This document shows, piece after piece, positions 23,276 through 35,670 of a stretch of 64,000 nucleotides of DNA. How positions within the stretch are numbered: the first letter of the stretch is position 1; the number at the start of each line of letters is the position of its first letter. The notes under the pieces were generated by a model, which saw only the letters and a program-made list of their open reading frames with translations, was not told where the DNA came from and ran no database searches. The position numbers and the translations under genes are program-made. Source of the DNA: Camelus ferus (Eukaryota). The stretch lies in contig NC_045705.1 in assembly GCF_009834535.1 (NCBI RefSeq), forward strand, positions 30,876,001 to 30,940,000, in the 5' to 3' direction.

Positions 23276-24463
23276 TGGCCGGCTGGGGCAGGTGGTGCTC
23301 CAGGGCCTGGCCTGGGAGGCCATGGGGGCCAGGCCCCCTGCCCAGAGGAAGCTGGGACTATGAGGGGCGGCCTTGGGGTTAGGGTGGGGAGGAAGAGTGG
23401 GAGGGAGCAAGGCTAGCTCCACCAGCGGGAAGCCTTTGCTGTCCCCAGGCCCTGCCAAGGCTCTCTAACCCCTAACCCACAAACACCTACTTCTCCTGAG
23501 ACCCCCATGTGGCCAACAATCACTTCCTTGGGGACAGAGCTGATAAGGGTGGCCCCTTGGGGCCTCCACTTTCTAGGGTCGGCCTGACTGGCTGGGGGCT
23601 CTGATCCAGCAGACTGCCGGGTCTGGCTCTTTTCTGGGCCCTTGGGCCCCTCAACACTTCGGTTCTATCCAGCCTGGGCCTGGGCTCAGGCTCTGGGTCA
23701 GGGGCCTCAGCACAGTGCTGCTTTCCCCTTCCCTCCAAGTCCCTTCACACAGGCTCCCATTCCACCAGAAGGGTTCTTACACCCTCTCCTCCCAGTTTCC
23801 TGAGTCCCACCCTTCTTCCCAATCCCTAGGTGCTCTACTCCCAGATCAGATTTCTGTTTCCCCGCCCCTTACCAATGCCTTAATATCAATCCAATCTTCC
23901 TAGTTTACAAATTTTCTTGTCTGTCCATCCATTCATCTATTGTCCCATCCATTTGTTTGTTTGTCGATACATCTATCCACCCATCAAGCCAGCCATACAT
24001 TTATTTGTCCACCAGCTTATCCAACTGTCTATTCATTCATCCATTTATATATTAGTCCATCATCCATCCACCCCATCTGTTTATCTACTTGTCCATCTGG
24101 ACATCTGTGTGTTCATATATCAGCCCATCCGTCTGTTACTCATCCATCCATCGGTCTATATTTCCATCTGTTTGTCCACATATATCCAGTTCATCCATTG
24201 GTCCATTCATCAACTTATCCATCCATTCATCATCCATCTATCCATCCATCCACCCATGCACTCATCTATCCATCCCTCCATCCATCCATCTATGCATCCT
24301 GCCAGTACTAACTGAGTTTCAGGTTTTATGCTGAGTACCGGGAAAATAGAAAAGTATTGGACAAGATCCCTGCCTTCAGGGAGCTCCCAACCTAGTCTGG
24401 AGGGCAGAAGAGTGCATAGAGGCACTGTTTGATCCATTGATGTCTGGTGAGGCCACTTCTCTG

Positions 24464-24588
24464 GGGAAGAACTTCTTTTTTTATTTTATTTATTTTTCTC
24501 ACTGTAGGTGCCGGGGATTGAACCTAGGACCTCATGCAGTGCACTCTACCACTGAGCTGTAGCCACTCACCCTAGGGAAGAACTTCTT
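24464..24588 (-). mobile_element. tRNA-derived SINE with 14-bp TSD
   Basis: TSD GGGAAGAACTTCTT at 24464-24477 and 24575-24588; B-box GGGGATTGAACC. Confidence 0.9.
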
Positions 24589-26459
24589 GAAGATTCAACT
24601 TCCTTCCCTGTGTAGTCTAACCCTTCACTTTATATCCCCTTCCCACTAAGACTAGCTTGCCTCCTTCCTGTCAGTGGAAGACCAGGTGCTTCTTCACTTG
24701 CAGCAAAGACCCGGGATTCACAGGTCTGGGTTCACCATCAGATCGATTTCACCTACATTCACTGATTTTTTTGCATCCACACTTGGGATTCTCCAAGATG
24801 TCCGGGTCACTAGTTTCCTGGACTCCCTAGGAATCTGACCAAAACCCCTCCCCAAGAGGAGGGGAGAGGTGGGTTGACTTGGCATCAGCTCCATGGCTGT
24901 CCCCACTTTCCCGTCAAGAAGGCCTAGTCCCAGCCGACTGGATGCCTGTTGGGGGTGGGTCAACTGCTTGAGATCCAGGTCCCCGCCGATGTGTTCGTTC
25001 ATGCATTCATTCTTGTCTTGGTTTGGTTTGTTTATATGCTTACGTATCTATTCATTCATTCATTTCATCATTAACTTTTTATTGAGGGTCTTCCATGTGC
25101 TGGGCCTGGTAAGGGGACACAAACATGAATGTGGCCTGCCCTGGGCCTCTAGGAGCTCACAGAGGGAACAGACATGTAAGCAGACAGTATGGTTCTTCGG
25201 GGAGGCAGGGGCGCAAGGGGTCCTAGGTGAGTTGGGGAACAGTTAATTAGGTCAGGGCCTCAGGTGGGAAAACATGCAAAGGAAAGAGCATGTCTCATGG
25301 AGGAACCAGCCTGAGTAAAGGCAAGGAGGCGGGAGAGAACAAGGGACAGTGAGCTCCATCCTTGTGCCTGGAAGCAAAGAGCCTTAAGTCTCAAGCCAAG
25401 GCGCCTGGGCGGCATTGGGGCGACCATAGAGGCTTCGCTGGTGCTCTTGTCCGTGCGTGCGTGCAGGCAGCAGGCCAGGTCCGCTATGTGCTCTGAGGCC
25501 TAAGTCTCAAGGGGCCTCAGGAGAAGAAAGAGGTTCCATTGCCCCCAGGCTGGCCAAACCCAAGGGGCCTGGGCAAGGAAGCCCGTAAAAGACCCAGGGC
25601 CCCAAATCTCTGGAAATGGGCTGAACTGACTCCCACTTTCTGAGCAGCTCCAGCCTCCTGTGTCCATTCACACACCAGCAAGTCCTCCCCATCCTTCCTC
25701 CCAAAGTGCACCAGAGGCCTCTTCCCGAGACTTGCATCCAGGGACCCGCTGTTATTCGAAGATTTTGGAATAGCAGGATCCAGATTCTAAGCAATTCTGA
25801 GCAGAGCAGGGAAAGTCTGATAAACCACAACCCTGGAGCTAACAGCTCCTTATGAAGGGGGGACATTATTTTCTGAGTGCCCCACACTGTTCTGAGTGCC
25901 TCCACCCTTGTGAGCTCATGTAACTAAGACGACACTAAGGCCCTGGAGGTCAGTGACTTGCCCAGGGTCACACTCGTGAGTGGAAAGCTGGGGCAGGAAA
26001 TCTGCCTTCTGGGGCTCTAGGAAGGGCTGGATTCTAGTGTGAGGGAGGGGGGCAGAAGGAAGAGAAGCCAAGTATGGGGCTAGGGGAAGGCAGTGAGGAT
26101 TGGTGAGGAAGCGAAAGGAAAAAAAAATAGGAGAGAGTCAAGAAGAGTCAAGTCAAAGAAGGGAGTAGAGAGAAGTGAGGCAAGAGACAAGAGGGTGAGG
26201 GTGGTGGAAGAGGAGGGCCAAGAAGAGGGAGGGGAGACAGGACAGCCTGTGGCTGGGAAGCGACGGGACCTGAGAGGAGCACGTGCCCAGCCTGCCTCTT
26301 CTGCAGCAGAGGAAACAATGGGGACCAGAGACTGTCCCTGACTTGCTGGAGGTCGCCAGGTGCATCATGTTGGGCTGTGACTCACATCCTTATGGGCAAT
26401 AAATTGGTTAGAGACGAAAAATCTTAGGTGCTCCAAGGCATGAAAGGCAAAAGAGGTTT

Positions 26460-27330
26460 TTTTAAATTATTTTATTTTTTGAATATGCAGAGGGTATAAA
26501 ATCCAAAAGGTACAAAAAAGGAATAGCTGTCCAATTCCCTGTCACCTGATTTTTGTGTGTTTTTCTAGAGGCAGTCTAAATAGACAAAAGCATTAGAAGC
26601 AGATGTATTCTGTTTTAAATTTTACACAGAAGGTAGCACACTAAACATTGTACTTCACTTTGGTTTGGTTGTTTCTTCCCCCCTAAATCCATGCATATGG
26701 AGCTGTCTTGTTCTTTTCAATGGCTATATAGTATTCCACTGTTTGGATGGACTGTGATACTTTTAAATCACGAGAGCCTTCATTCATACAAAAGACTGCA
26801 CAAAACATTTATGTACAATTCAAAGAATAATTATAAAGCTAACACTTATGTAACAACCATCCAGGTCAAGAAATAAAATATTGCCAGCACTACAAAAGCA
26901 TCCCCCAAATGCTTGATTACAACCTGCCCCCCTCTAGAAGTAATACTACCCTAACTTTTTCAGTAATCATTTCCTTGTCTTTTTAAAATAGTTTGCCCAA
27001 GTATGTAAACACTTCTAACAATATAGTTTAGTTCTTAACAGATTTTAATCTTCATACAAAAAGAATCATAGTGTAAACATTCTTTTGGGTCGTGCCTCTT
27101 TTTCCCAATTTGTTGCTGTGTGTAGCTGTGGTCCATTTTCATTGCTGCATAGTATTCCATTGTTTAAAAACAATGGGATCATTTAACCAGTCTCTTATTA
27201 ATGGACATTCAGATTATTTCCAGTCTTTTGCTATTACAATCCTGCAGTTGATAAAATTTGCTAATCCACACATACGCAAGTGTATGTCTTAATGCATAAA
27301 TTTCCCAAAGTTGAAATATTTGGTCAAAGA
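26460..27330 (-). mobile_element. Old L1 (L1M-type) 3' fragments
   Basis: AT-rich, with ...TTTTCATTGCTGCATAGTATTCCATTG... and ...GATTATTTCCAGTCTTTTGCTATTAC... motifs. Confidence 0.7.
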
Positions 27331-30300
27331 GCAGTGGGGTTTTTTTTTGGTTTTGTTTTTTTTGTTTGTTTGTTTGTTTGTTTGTTTGGTTTTTTTGCAG
27401 GGAAGCTAGAGGGGAGTGTCCACTGGAACAGCTGGGGGAAGACTGGAGTTCAACGTCGTTTCCTGGGCTGGACAGAATGTAACACTGGCTCCAGGTGGCA
27501 ATTCTCATGATTTCACATTTGCTTTTTTCTAAAAAACAACCTTCAACAGCAAAGAACCAAACATATTTTTCTGCCTTAAATGAAAACAATGTAGGAGAAA
27601 GGGCTACTTCTGCAGATGCTGGAAGGGAAAGAAGCTAAAACGCTATAAATTCTTTCTCTATATTTAATTTTTCAAGGCTATTCTTGACAATTAAGAGACT
27701 GATACTGAAGTGAAAATCACCACAACCAAATACAGTCTGAGTCAAAAACATTCACGCATCTCCCTGTAGACACTAATAAATAGTATCAGAAATTACCTAA
27801 AATAGAAATTAAAAGCCCTTTGATTATAAGTAATATTGAAAATGACATAGTTCTCTATCTTAACTCATTGGGAAAAAGACCAGATAATTATTTAGATTCT
27901 ATAATGTAGATGCACAGAAAATTTTTTTAATTAAAAATGTTTTATTTTTTTAAATTGAAGTATATGCAGAAATGTTTGACACTGCTTTTGACGTCAAAGG
28001 TATTTTTAAAAACTGAGATATAAGTGTTGTATCACACTGTATTAGTTTTAAGGGCACTGAATTTTTAATTCTTAAATAGACAGATGGATATAGAGATACC
28101 GTCACATTGTCCTGGATAGAAGTGGTAGCACCCCACCCTCCCACCGGCAGCACATGACAGCGCTGTTCCCCAGCCCACTGGCTGTGGGCGGCTGTGTAGG
28201 GCTGGGCCCTGCTGAGTGACAGGGAGGTCAGGCAGGCCTGGGATGACAGAGGGCCCGGTGGCCTTTGTCCCCACTGGGCTGGGTGGCTGAGGCGGTAGGC
28301 TGGGTGCTGTTGCATCACAATCGGAAACGTGGGCACCGTGTCCTCGAAGCTGAGTCCACATGGGGCACACGACCCCACCTCCCACAGACCCCCTCAACCA
28401 AAAGACCTCTGAAAGAAGAGAATGCCCCCCTCCCCACTTTCCCAGGAACCGTTTCCATGGGGTGCAGTGGGGCATGTGGGAAATCTCAGGCCTCAGAGCA
28501 TGAGCTGGGAAAGTTGACCAAAGAGAGCTGAGCCTGTGTACAGAAATGGCCGTCTTGCAACTTCCTCTCATGGTTGAGACACTGGGAGAGGCTCCTAGGG
28601 CCCCTCAGAGCTCCCCAAGCTCTGGTCAGAGCACTGTGCTGGCTCTTTGGTGCATTAAGGTATCCAGCAAATAATGTGTTCAGGGCCTTTATGGGCCAGG
28701 CGACCAAACAGGCTAAGATCCCTGTCCCCTGGGGCGTGTTCTGGAGCAGAGAAGACAGGGCATGAGCAGAGTAGGTGGGAGCGTTACTTGCATGGTAGCA
28801 AGAGCTATAGGAAAGGACACTGCCCAACTGGGGAAGGGGGGTGGCAGGCGGGGTGGGGTGGAGGGCAGTCTGCAGTCTGAAGAGGGTGGGCAGGGCAGGC
28901 CTCAGAGAAGGCGACATCTGAACAAACCCTGGAAGAGACGGAAAGAGCCAGCTAAGCAGATATCTGGGAGAAGAGCTCCAGGCAGGGGGGACCCGCAAGG
29001 ACCCCAGTGAGAGCAGAGCCAGCTGGAGGAGGGGGCGGAGGGGCAGGTCAGGCGAGTTTTGGGGGGCATTGGGTGGAATTTGGTTTTGGCTCTGGGAGAA
29101 CAGCAGCACCCTTGCAGCGTTCATTTCCTTAATCATACCTGAAGTTGGGGCCCTTATCATCCCCGTGGTACCTCAGTTGAGGAAACTGAGGCTCAGAAGT
29201 GGCCCATGACTCAGCCAACAGAAGTACAAGTGAGGCTTAAACCCAGGTCTGGAGACCCCAGCTCGCATCCACAGCAGGCACTCACAAGGTGCTGTGAGCC
29301 AGGACAAGGGCCAGGACAAAGCCAGGGGAAAGGACCCCACATTGGCTGAGGCCCTGCAGGCAACCTGCATTACCTCATTCCACCTCCCTCCATCCTGGGA
29401 ATTTACCATCAGGGCCATTTTACAGACAGGAAACCCGGTCCGGTCGGTCGGCAAGGGGGTGCACCTGAGAACACACAGCTAGGAGCTGGGGTGGGGTGGG
29501 AGGTGACTGCCGCTCTGAGCAGCCCCAGGACATGTGCTTACTCTGCTGCTCCCATCTCGAGCTTCTCCCATGGGTGTTCCCCTACCTAAAGATCTTCCTT
29601 AGCCCTTGTTTGTTCACAGGCTGAAGTCCAAAGCTCTGAGGCCCGTGCTGGGGCCCCCAGCACCCGGGAGTCCAGCCAGTCTTCCCACCCTCCCCCACCC
29701 CAAGTGGACCAGCCCCACCCCCACCTCCAGCCAGAAGACGCTGCTCAACATTCCCAGAACCTCTTTCTCAATCTCCCACGGCCTTTGCTCACAGTCTCAC
29801 CCTCTTCCACTCCCTTAGGCCTCTGTCTTTTGAGGGCTCGCCTCCTCCTGGCTGTGCCCCAGATTCTCCCTTCACCTCTCTCTCTCCCCAGCTCTGCAGA
29901 GTCTCTCCCCGCACTCAGCGCCAGCTCCTGCCCCCTGCTCCCCAGTCCCAGTGGCCAGGGGCACAGATCTCAGAGCAGCCCGACCTCCTTCATGCCCTGA
30001 TTCCCGGTCCCCCCTCCACACCCTTGTCTCCTGCTGACCAGGGCTGCAGACGGGGACCTCACCTCCTGGCCACATCACTCAGCCTCCGGCACCTCAAACC
30101 CACCGCCACCCACAGCGACTTCCTCCTGCTCACCACGGGCAGCACCCCCCCTCCCGCTTGCTCACTGAGGACAGGAGCCACTTCCCCCCCAACCAGGTCC
30201 CCTATTCTATGGAGCCCCCAACACCATTCTCTTCTGTCGAGGTACCCCTGGATCCTTCCCCACAATTGGCTGGCTATGCGGCCTATGGGCGAGCTCCTTC

Positions 30301-33300
30301 CCCTCCCCAAAGTTCAGACGCCTCAGTTCTACCAAGGGGTCCACAAGCCCCAGCCCCCCACATTGCAGAGAGGACAGAAAGGCGATCTGGGTGAGCCTTC
30401 CCCTTGTATACAGTAGGGTTTCACTGAAGTGCGCGTTTCCCTCACTGGCCTCCTTACTGAGCCTTGTGGAGGTTAGGAGGAAGGCTCCAGAGACCTTGAT
30501 TTGAATCTCATCCATGCCCTTTGTTCACTGCGTGGCTGAGGAAAAGTCACTCCTCAGAGCCTCTGTGTCCTCATCTGTAAAACGGGGGCAATAACAGGAC
30601 GGACCACACAGGGCTGTGAGAATTAGAGGAAATGTGTGATGCTCCTGTGTGATGCGCACACCAGGCATCTCTTGAGGGGAGGAAGGCTCGGCCCTGTCCC
30701 CGAGGCCTCAGGATCTCTGTGGCCCTCAGCTCCTCGGAGCTCCTACCCCCTAGCCTCTCTGAAGCCTTGTTGGAAAAACTGAGAAATGTGAGGAGCTGGG
30801 AAGCTGGCGGAGGAGAGTCTTGAGACAGCAGCAGTCTGCCCTCCCCTGCCCTCCCCGTACTTCTTTCCCCCTCCCTGCCTGAGCTCTTGGGAGGGGAAAG
30901 CCAGACGGGGAAAGGGGGCCCAGGGCTGGAGTAGGGACCCGGTGATAGAATGAGGGGGCCTTTGCAAAGAAGGAAAAATAATCACTCCTGAGCCCCTGTG
31001 ATGGGCCCAGCACACTGGATCTACGGGACAGGACTTGCCTCAGTTTTACAGATGAGAAGTGGGGCTCAGAGCAGATCTTTATACCGCTCCAGGTGGCAAA
31101 GTAGAAAGGGCCAGAATCAGGGTTGGACCAGACTTATCTTATTCCAAAGCCTGTGCTCTCAGCCCAAAGCTGCCCTCATGTGTGTTCCAGAAGCCTGGGG
31201 GACGGGGGTCTCTGGGCATAGGAGGGGAGTGAGAGGGCCCTGAGGGGACCAATGAGTTAGGGGCTGAGTTGATTTCCAGGCTGTGGGCCCCAAAGCCAGT
31301 TTGAGGCTACCAAGGTATCCAGGGCGGGCATGAGGGGCAGCCCAGGGTGCGGGAGCAGGAGGCACGGACTCGGAAGGAGTTAACTGCATAAAGGGCCCAA
31401 GTGAATCAGAGGCTCCACAGGCCGAGATGGAAATTCCCTGTGCATGGCGTGTGGTCACCCAGAAAAGGGAAACGGTGCTTTTTGGAGCAGAGGACGGCGG
31501 GGGCTCGAGCCCCAGAGCAGATGCCTGCCTGGGTGGGGCTGACAAGGACGCTGAGAAGGCCTGGCCTCCGGGTATGCTCAGGCCCTGGGTGGGAGGAGGG
31601 AGGTGATGAGCCATCAGGCCAGGCCAGGCCTGGTCATGCTATGATGTGTCCATGGGCCCTGACAGATGTGTAGGAGTTCACCGGGACCAGAGGAAGGAAG
31701 GGCATTCAGACCGTGGGAACTGCTGGAGCCAAGGCACAGGGGTGTGACTCAGCATGGAGCACTCACTCGTCCCCCCTGCTTTTGTCAGGGAGCTCTTTCC
31801 TGCCCCAACCCAAGTGGCACGGCTCCTCACACCAGGAAGCACTCATCACATTTTCCTGGTGTCCCACAGCCTCAGTTTTCCTCTCAGAGCGCTCAGGGTT
31901 TTGTAACTCACCTGCCTTCTCCACAGGTCTGTCCTAGTTCTAGAGACGGCTTACACCCTGCCCTGGCATGGAGTAGGCACTCTGTGTTTGTGGAATGACA
32001 ATTCATAGAAGAGGATTCTGAGGCTCAGAGAAGTCAGGTGAAACACAGTCAGCCAGCTGGCTGTGGGTGAGTGGGCTCTGGCTGTAGCTGTGCCTCAGCT
32101 GGACTTGGTGAGGGGCAAGGAATGAGGCAGGCAAAGACTTCCCTTGGGGCAGGGAAGGGGACTCTAGGCACTGACAACCCCACCTGGCAATTCTGCTGTC
32201 CAAGGCCCCCTCGAGCTTCAGGCCAGCCCAGCTCCTGCCTTGTCACAGTGCTGGGAAACTTCTGTCCTCCTGGGGAGGGAGACTGAGGTACAACAAGCTG
32301 GAGCAAGGGGCAGGCAGATGGAGGGAGAAGGGGACTGGGTACAGGAAATCCTGACTCTCAGTCCAGACACTTACTAGCTGTGCCACCTTGGCCATGTGAG
32401 TTCGCCTCTGAGCCCCAGTGTCCACTCTGTGATGGATGTAACGGGATAGGCTTGTTCTGGGGACAGAACGAACAGGCTGATGTGAACCATATCCCTCTGC
32501 GCCAACGTGAGAGACTTCGTCTATTATTAGAAATGAGTATTAATTATGCTGTCTGTCGTCTCTCCGTGGAACAGTCCCCTGCTACAGCACCATCCTGCCT
32601 GCCAGTTCTAAAGCAGCCTGTGACATGGTCTCGAGCCCAGTGTCCACCTGTCCCAGCTGAATTCTGTACTGCACGAGGGCCTGTGACCCACACCAGCCTG
32701 ATGAGCAGGCCAAAACCCAACTGGAGGAGATTGATGGCCGGGGCCTCCTGCCCAGAGACAGGACCCCTGAAGCCCCCAGGTGCCCTGAGTTCCACCACAG
32801 CACCCCAGATTCCTTGCCCCACCGAGAAGGTCAAGGCTCCCTCCTCAGGCAAGGAGACGGGCAGCGTCATGGTGGCCATTGGTGTTGGAGGTTTTCCAAG
32901 CACGAAGGGGAACTGAGAACTGTGGGAATATGCCTTGAGCAGGCCAGAGCGGGCTAGGCCCAGGTGGGAGGGGGCTGCTCCACGGAGCCCAGACTGATGG
33001 GGCTCTGGGGGTGAGGAATAGAGGGAGACCCCCCCAGGCAAGCAGCTGTGGGGCAGGGGTCACTGTGAAGCGCTGGCAGGCTGTCCAGAGAGAGCTGGCT
33101 GAGCAGTGGGAGGTTGGGGAGCTGTGTGGGGAAGGAAAGAGGAAGCCATGAGGAGAGGGGGGATGGGGCGGCCGGGGATGGGGTGGGAGTGGGGGCTGGG
33201 GGCCTGGAGCCACTTTGGCCGCAGCCACTTCACTTCTCCCGGTTTCGGTTTGTAAATAGCTGCTGGCTCCGTGCAGGCGGGATGGGCCCTGCCCCTTCTG

Positions 33301-34699
33301 CGGCCTGAGTCCTGGCAGGCCCAGGCCTAGGCAGCTGTGACGCTTGGACCCTGGATCTGAGGACCCCGACAGGCGTCTGGGCTGGCCCGGCTCTGGCCTG
33401 GGTGGGCAGGTTCTGGTGGGCTTGGTTCTGGGCAGCCCCAACCTGTGGTCACTGAGGTAGTGCAGCTGGGGCAGAACTTGATGACTTGGCCACATCGGGC
33501 TTATTTATAACTGGGCCTCCGTGGGCAGGAGCAGCTGCTGAGCTGCCAACTCAGCACTTGGGCCAACCCGAGGCACCAAGGCAGGGGCAGGATGGCGGGG
33601 GCCGGGCTGGGCCTCAGGGTCTTGGGGTCCCCGAAGCCTCTCTGACCGGAACCACTCCTTGTGCTGTGACGGGCAGGCCTTGAGAACTAGGCGGAGCTAC
33701 TTGTGAGGCAGGCATCTCAGGACCTCCTGAGCCGAAGGGGTGGCTGAACCCAGTCAGTGGACTGGTCAGCTCCCGGGGACTCAGGCCTGGGCCTTCCTGC
33801 AAAGAAACTCTTCCCCCAGAGGTCAGACGCCGTCAGCAAACTCAACGAGAAGCAAAGTCATCTCCCACCCCTTCTTGCAATAGCAGCTTAAAAACAAAAC
33901 AGGTTCGGGAAGACGGCAATGCAGAATCCTGAGCCTGGCCCAGATGCTGGACCTCCAGGCACCCGACACACGGAGAAAGGTTCGGGTCCCTCATGAGGCA
34001 CCCCCATCACACCACATGGGCAGCCATCTCTTTGGTGGACGGAAGGGAAGGGCTGGCCCTGCCCCCACCCCCCAAATACCCATTTGTCTTTCTTCTGAGG
34101 AAGAATGTGAAGGGGGTCTCAGACACTTTCCTAAAGTTTGCATGAATAAAGAGGACCCTCAAATCTTCCTCCCGCTTTGGATCCAGATCAGCCTTGTCAC
34201 CTACCACTCTCGAGTCTGTCCCATCAACACCTTAAGTTCCAAACTTGGTCCTGGCCTTCCCACCTCCATACCTGGCCCTAGTCTAGTCCTCCCACCTGGC
34301 ACTCCTCTTCCTTCCCCTCAGTCTCTCCAGGTCCCCTCTCTGTCAAGGCCTATGCCAAGCCACTCTCTGAGGGTCCCAGCCTCAGCGCTGACACTGTTCC
34401 CAAAACTAAGGGATGGAAAATTAAGGGATGTCAGAATTGGGGCAGAAATGGGTGAGGGATTTTAGATCATGGGTGCCTCGATCACCATACAAAAGAGGAA
34501 GCCAAGGCCTGGAGTGGGTCAGGGATGGCCAAAGGGCCTCAGTGAACAAAGGACAGAGCTGAGACCAGAGCTCTCACCCCTGCACCTTCCACCTGGACCA
34601 CCTGCTCAGTCTTGAGTGACAGCCCTGCCTGGCCCTTTCCTCTTGGCAGGAGCTGCTGGGGATAGGAGTGATGGAGGCCTGGTATGGGGGTTAACTCAG

Positions 34700-35040
34700 G
34701 CCGTCCATTGCCCGGGTTGGGGCCTGGGGTGGTGGGCCTGCTTAGGCCCCTCTGGGCAGGGTCAAGGCACCCAGCCCAGAGCCACCCAGGCTGCAGCTGC
34801 CCCGGTTTCCACATCGGCAGNNNNNNNNNNNNNNNNNNNNNNNNNNNNNNNNNNNNNNNNNNNNNNNNNNNNNNNNNNNNNNNNNNNNNNNNNNNNNNNN
34901 NNNNNNNNNNNNNNNNNNNNNNNNNNNNNNNNNNNNNNNNNNNNNNNNNNNNNNNNNNNNNTCCGGCCTCCAGGCCTGCCAAGGGGCCGGACAGACTGAC
35001 TCCAGGCCTCACCTGCCTGGGCCAGGCCACACGGTGAGGT
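34700..35040. promoter_or_regulatory. SPI1: Probable PU.1 URE proximal homology region (core hidden by gap)
   Basis: GCAGCTGCCCCGGTTTCCACATCGGCAG next to the gap matches my recollection of URE sequence; ~11.6 kb upstream of the SPI1 promoter. Not aligned. Confidence 0.6.
34821..34961. other. Assembly gap (141 N)
   Basis: Run of N. Confidence 1.
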
Positions 35041-35579
35041 CCAGCTGCAGCCTTGAGGTGCCCACAGTCTCCTGAGCTTTGGGCCTCACGCCTTCCTCTG
35101 GGTCCTCAGCCCTATCCCCAGACCAGCCTGAGCCAGGCCTGCTTTGGCCATCATTAAATCAGAATATGGGGTCATGGGTCACAGAGAAGCCATTTCTCTG
35201 ACCTGGTAGTTAGCAATCGAGGACTGTGCGCAGCCTTCAGACCTGACAGGACTCCATCCCTAAGCCTCACCAAGGCCGTTGACCCAGAGCCCGCCACCCC
35301 CACAACCCCAGGGAGCTGTCTGCTGCCAAGTCCACACCTGCCACACCCTCTGCCCAGCCCCAGCCCTTCCCAACCGAGACTTTGCCGGCCCCTGGGGTCC
35401 TGTCCAGGCTAGTTTTTGGGAGGTTAGGGCCCCTCCTTACCGACCCCCACCCCCACCTGCCCCAACTTACCTCTTATTTCTGGCTACCCCAGGCTCAACC
35501 TTTGGAAGAAGATGGGAGTCCAGCAAGGCCAAGGTCCTGTGCCTGGGAGGCCTGTGCTCCTCCAGCCCCGGGGACAGCA

Positions 35580-35670
35580 AGGAAAAGAGAAGAGAGCAGA
35601 GCATTTCATGGCTATAATAAATCAAAGGGGGAAGTCAGAGCAGGAGAAATAAGAAACTTCCCTACCCTGG
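35580..35670. promoter_or_regulatory. SPI1: Probable PU.1 URE distal homology region (TCF/LEF plus PU.1/ETS sites)
   Basis: ATCAAAG at 35621-35627 overlaps AAAGGGGGAAGT and follows an AT-rich GCTATAATAA; ~0.6 kb from the proximal block. Confidence 0.55.

Noticed and set aside
23915-24315. His/Ile/Pro/Ser-rich ORFs (also 13.3 kb)
   Set aside because: They are translations of (TCCA)n simple repeats.
32521-32530. Perfect MEF2 consensus CTATTATTAG
   Set aside because: It coincides with the CTATTATT tail of a MIR element, so it is likely repeat-derived.
33085-33105. AGAGCTGGCTGA resembling the human miR-4487 mature sequence
   Set aside because: Only a ~12-nt match, no hairpin seen, and the position does not fit the human locus as recalled.
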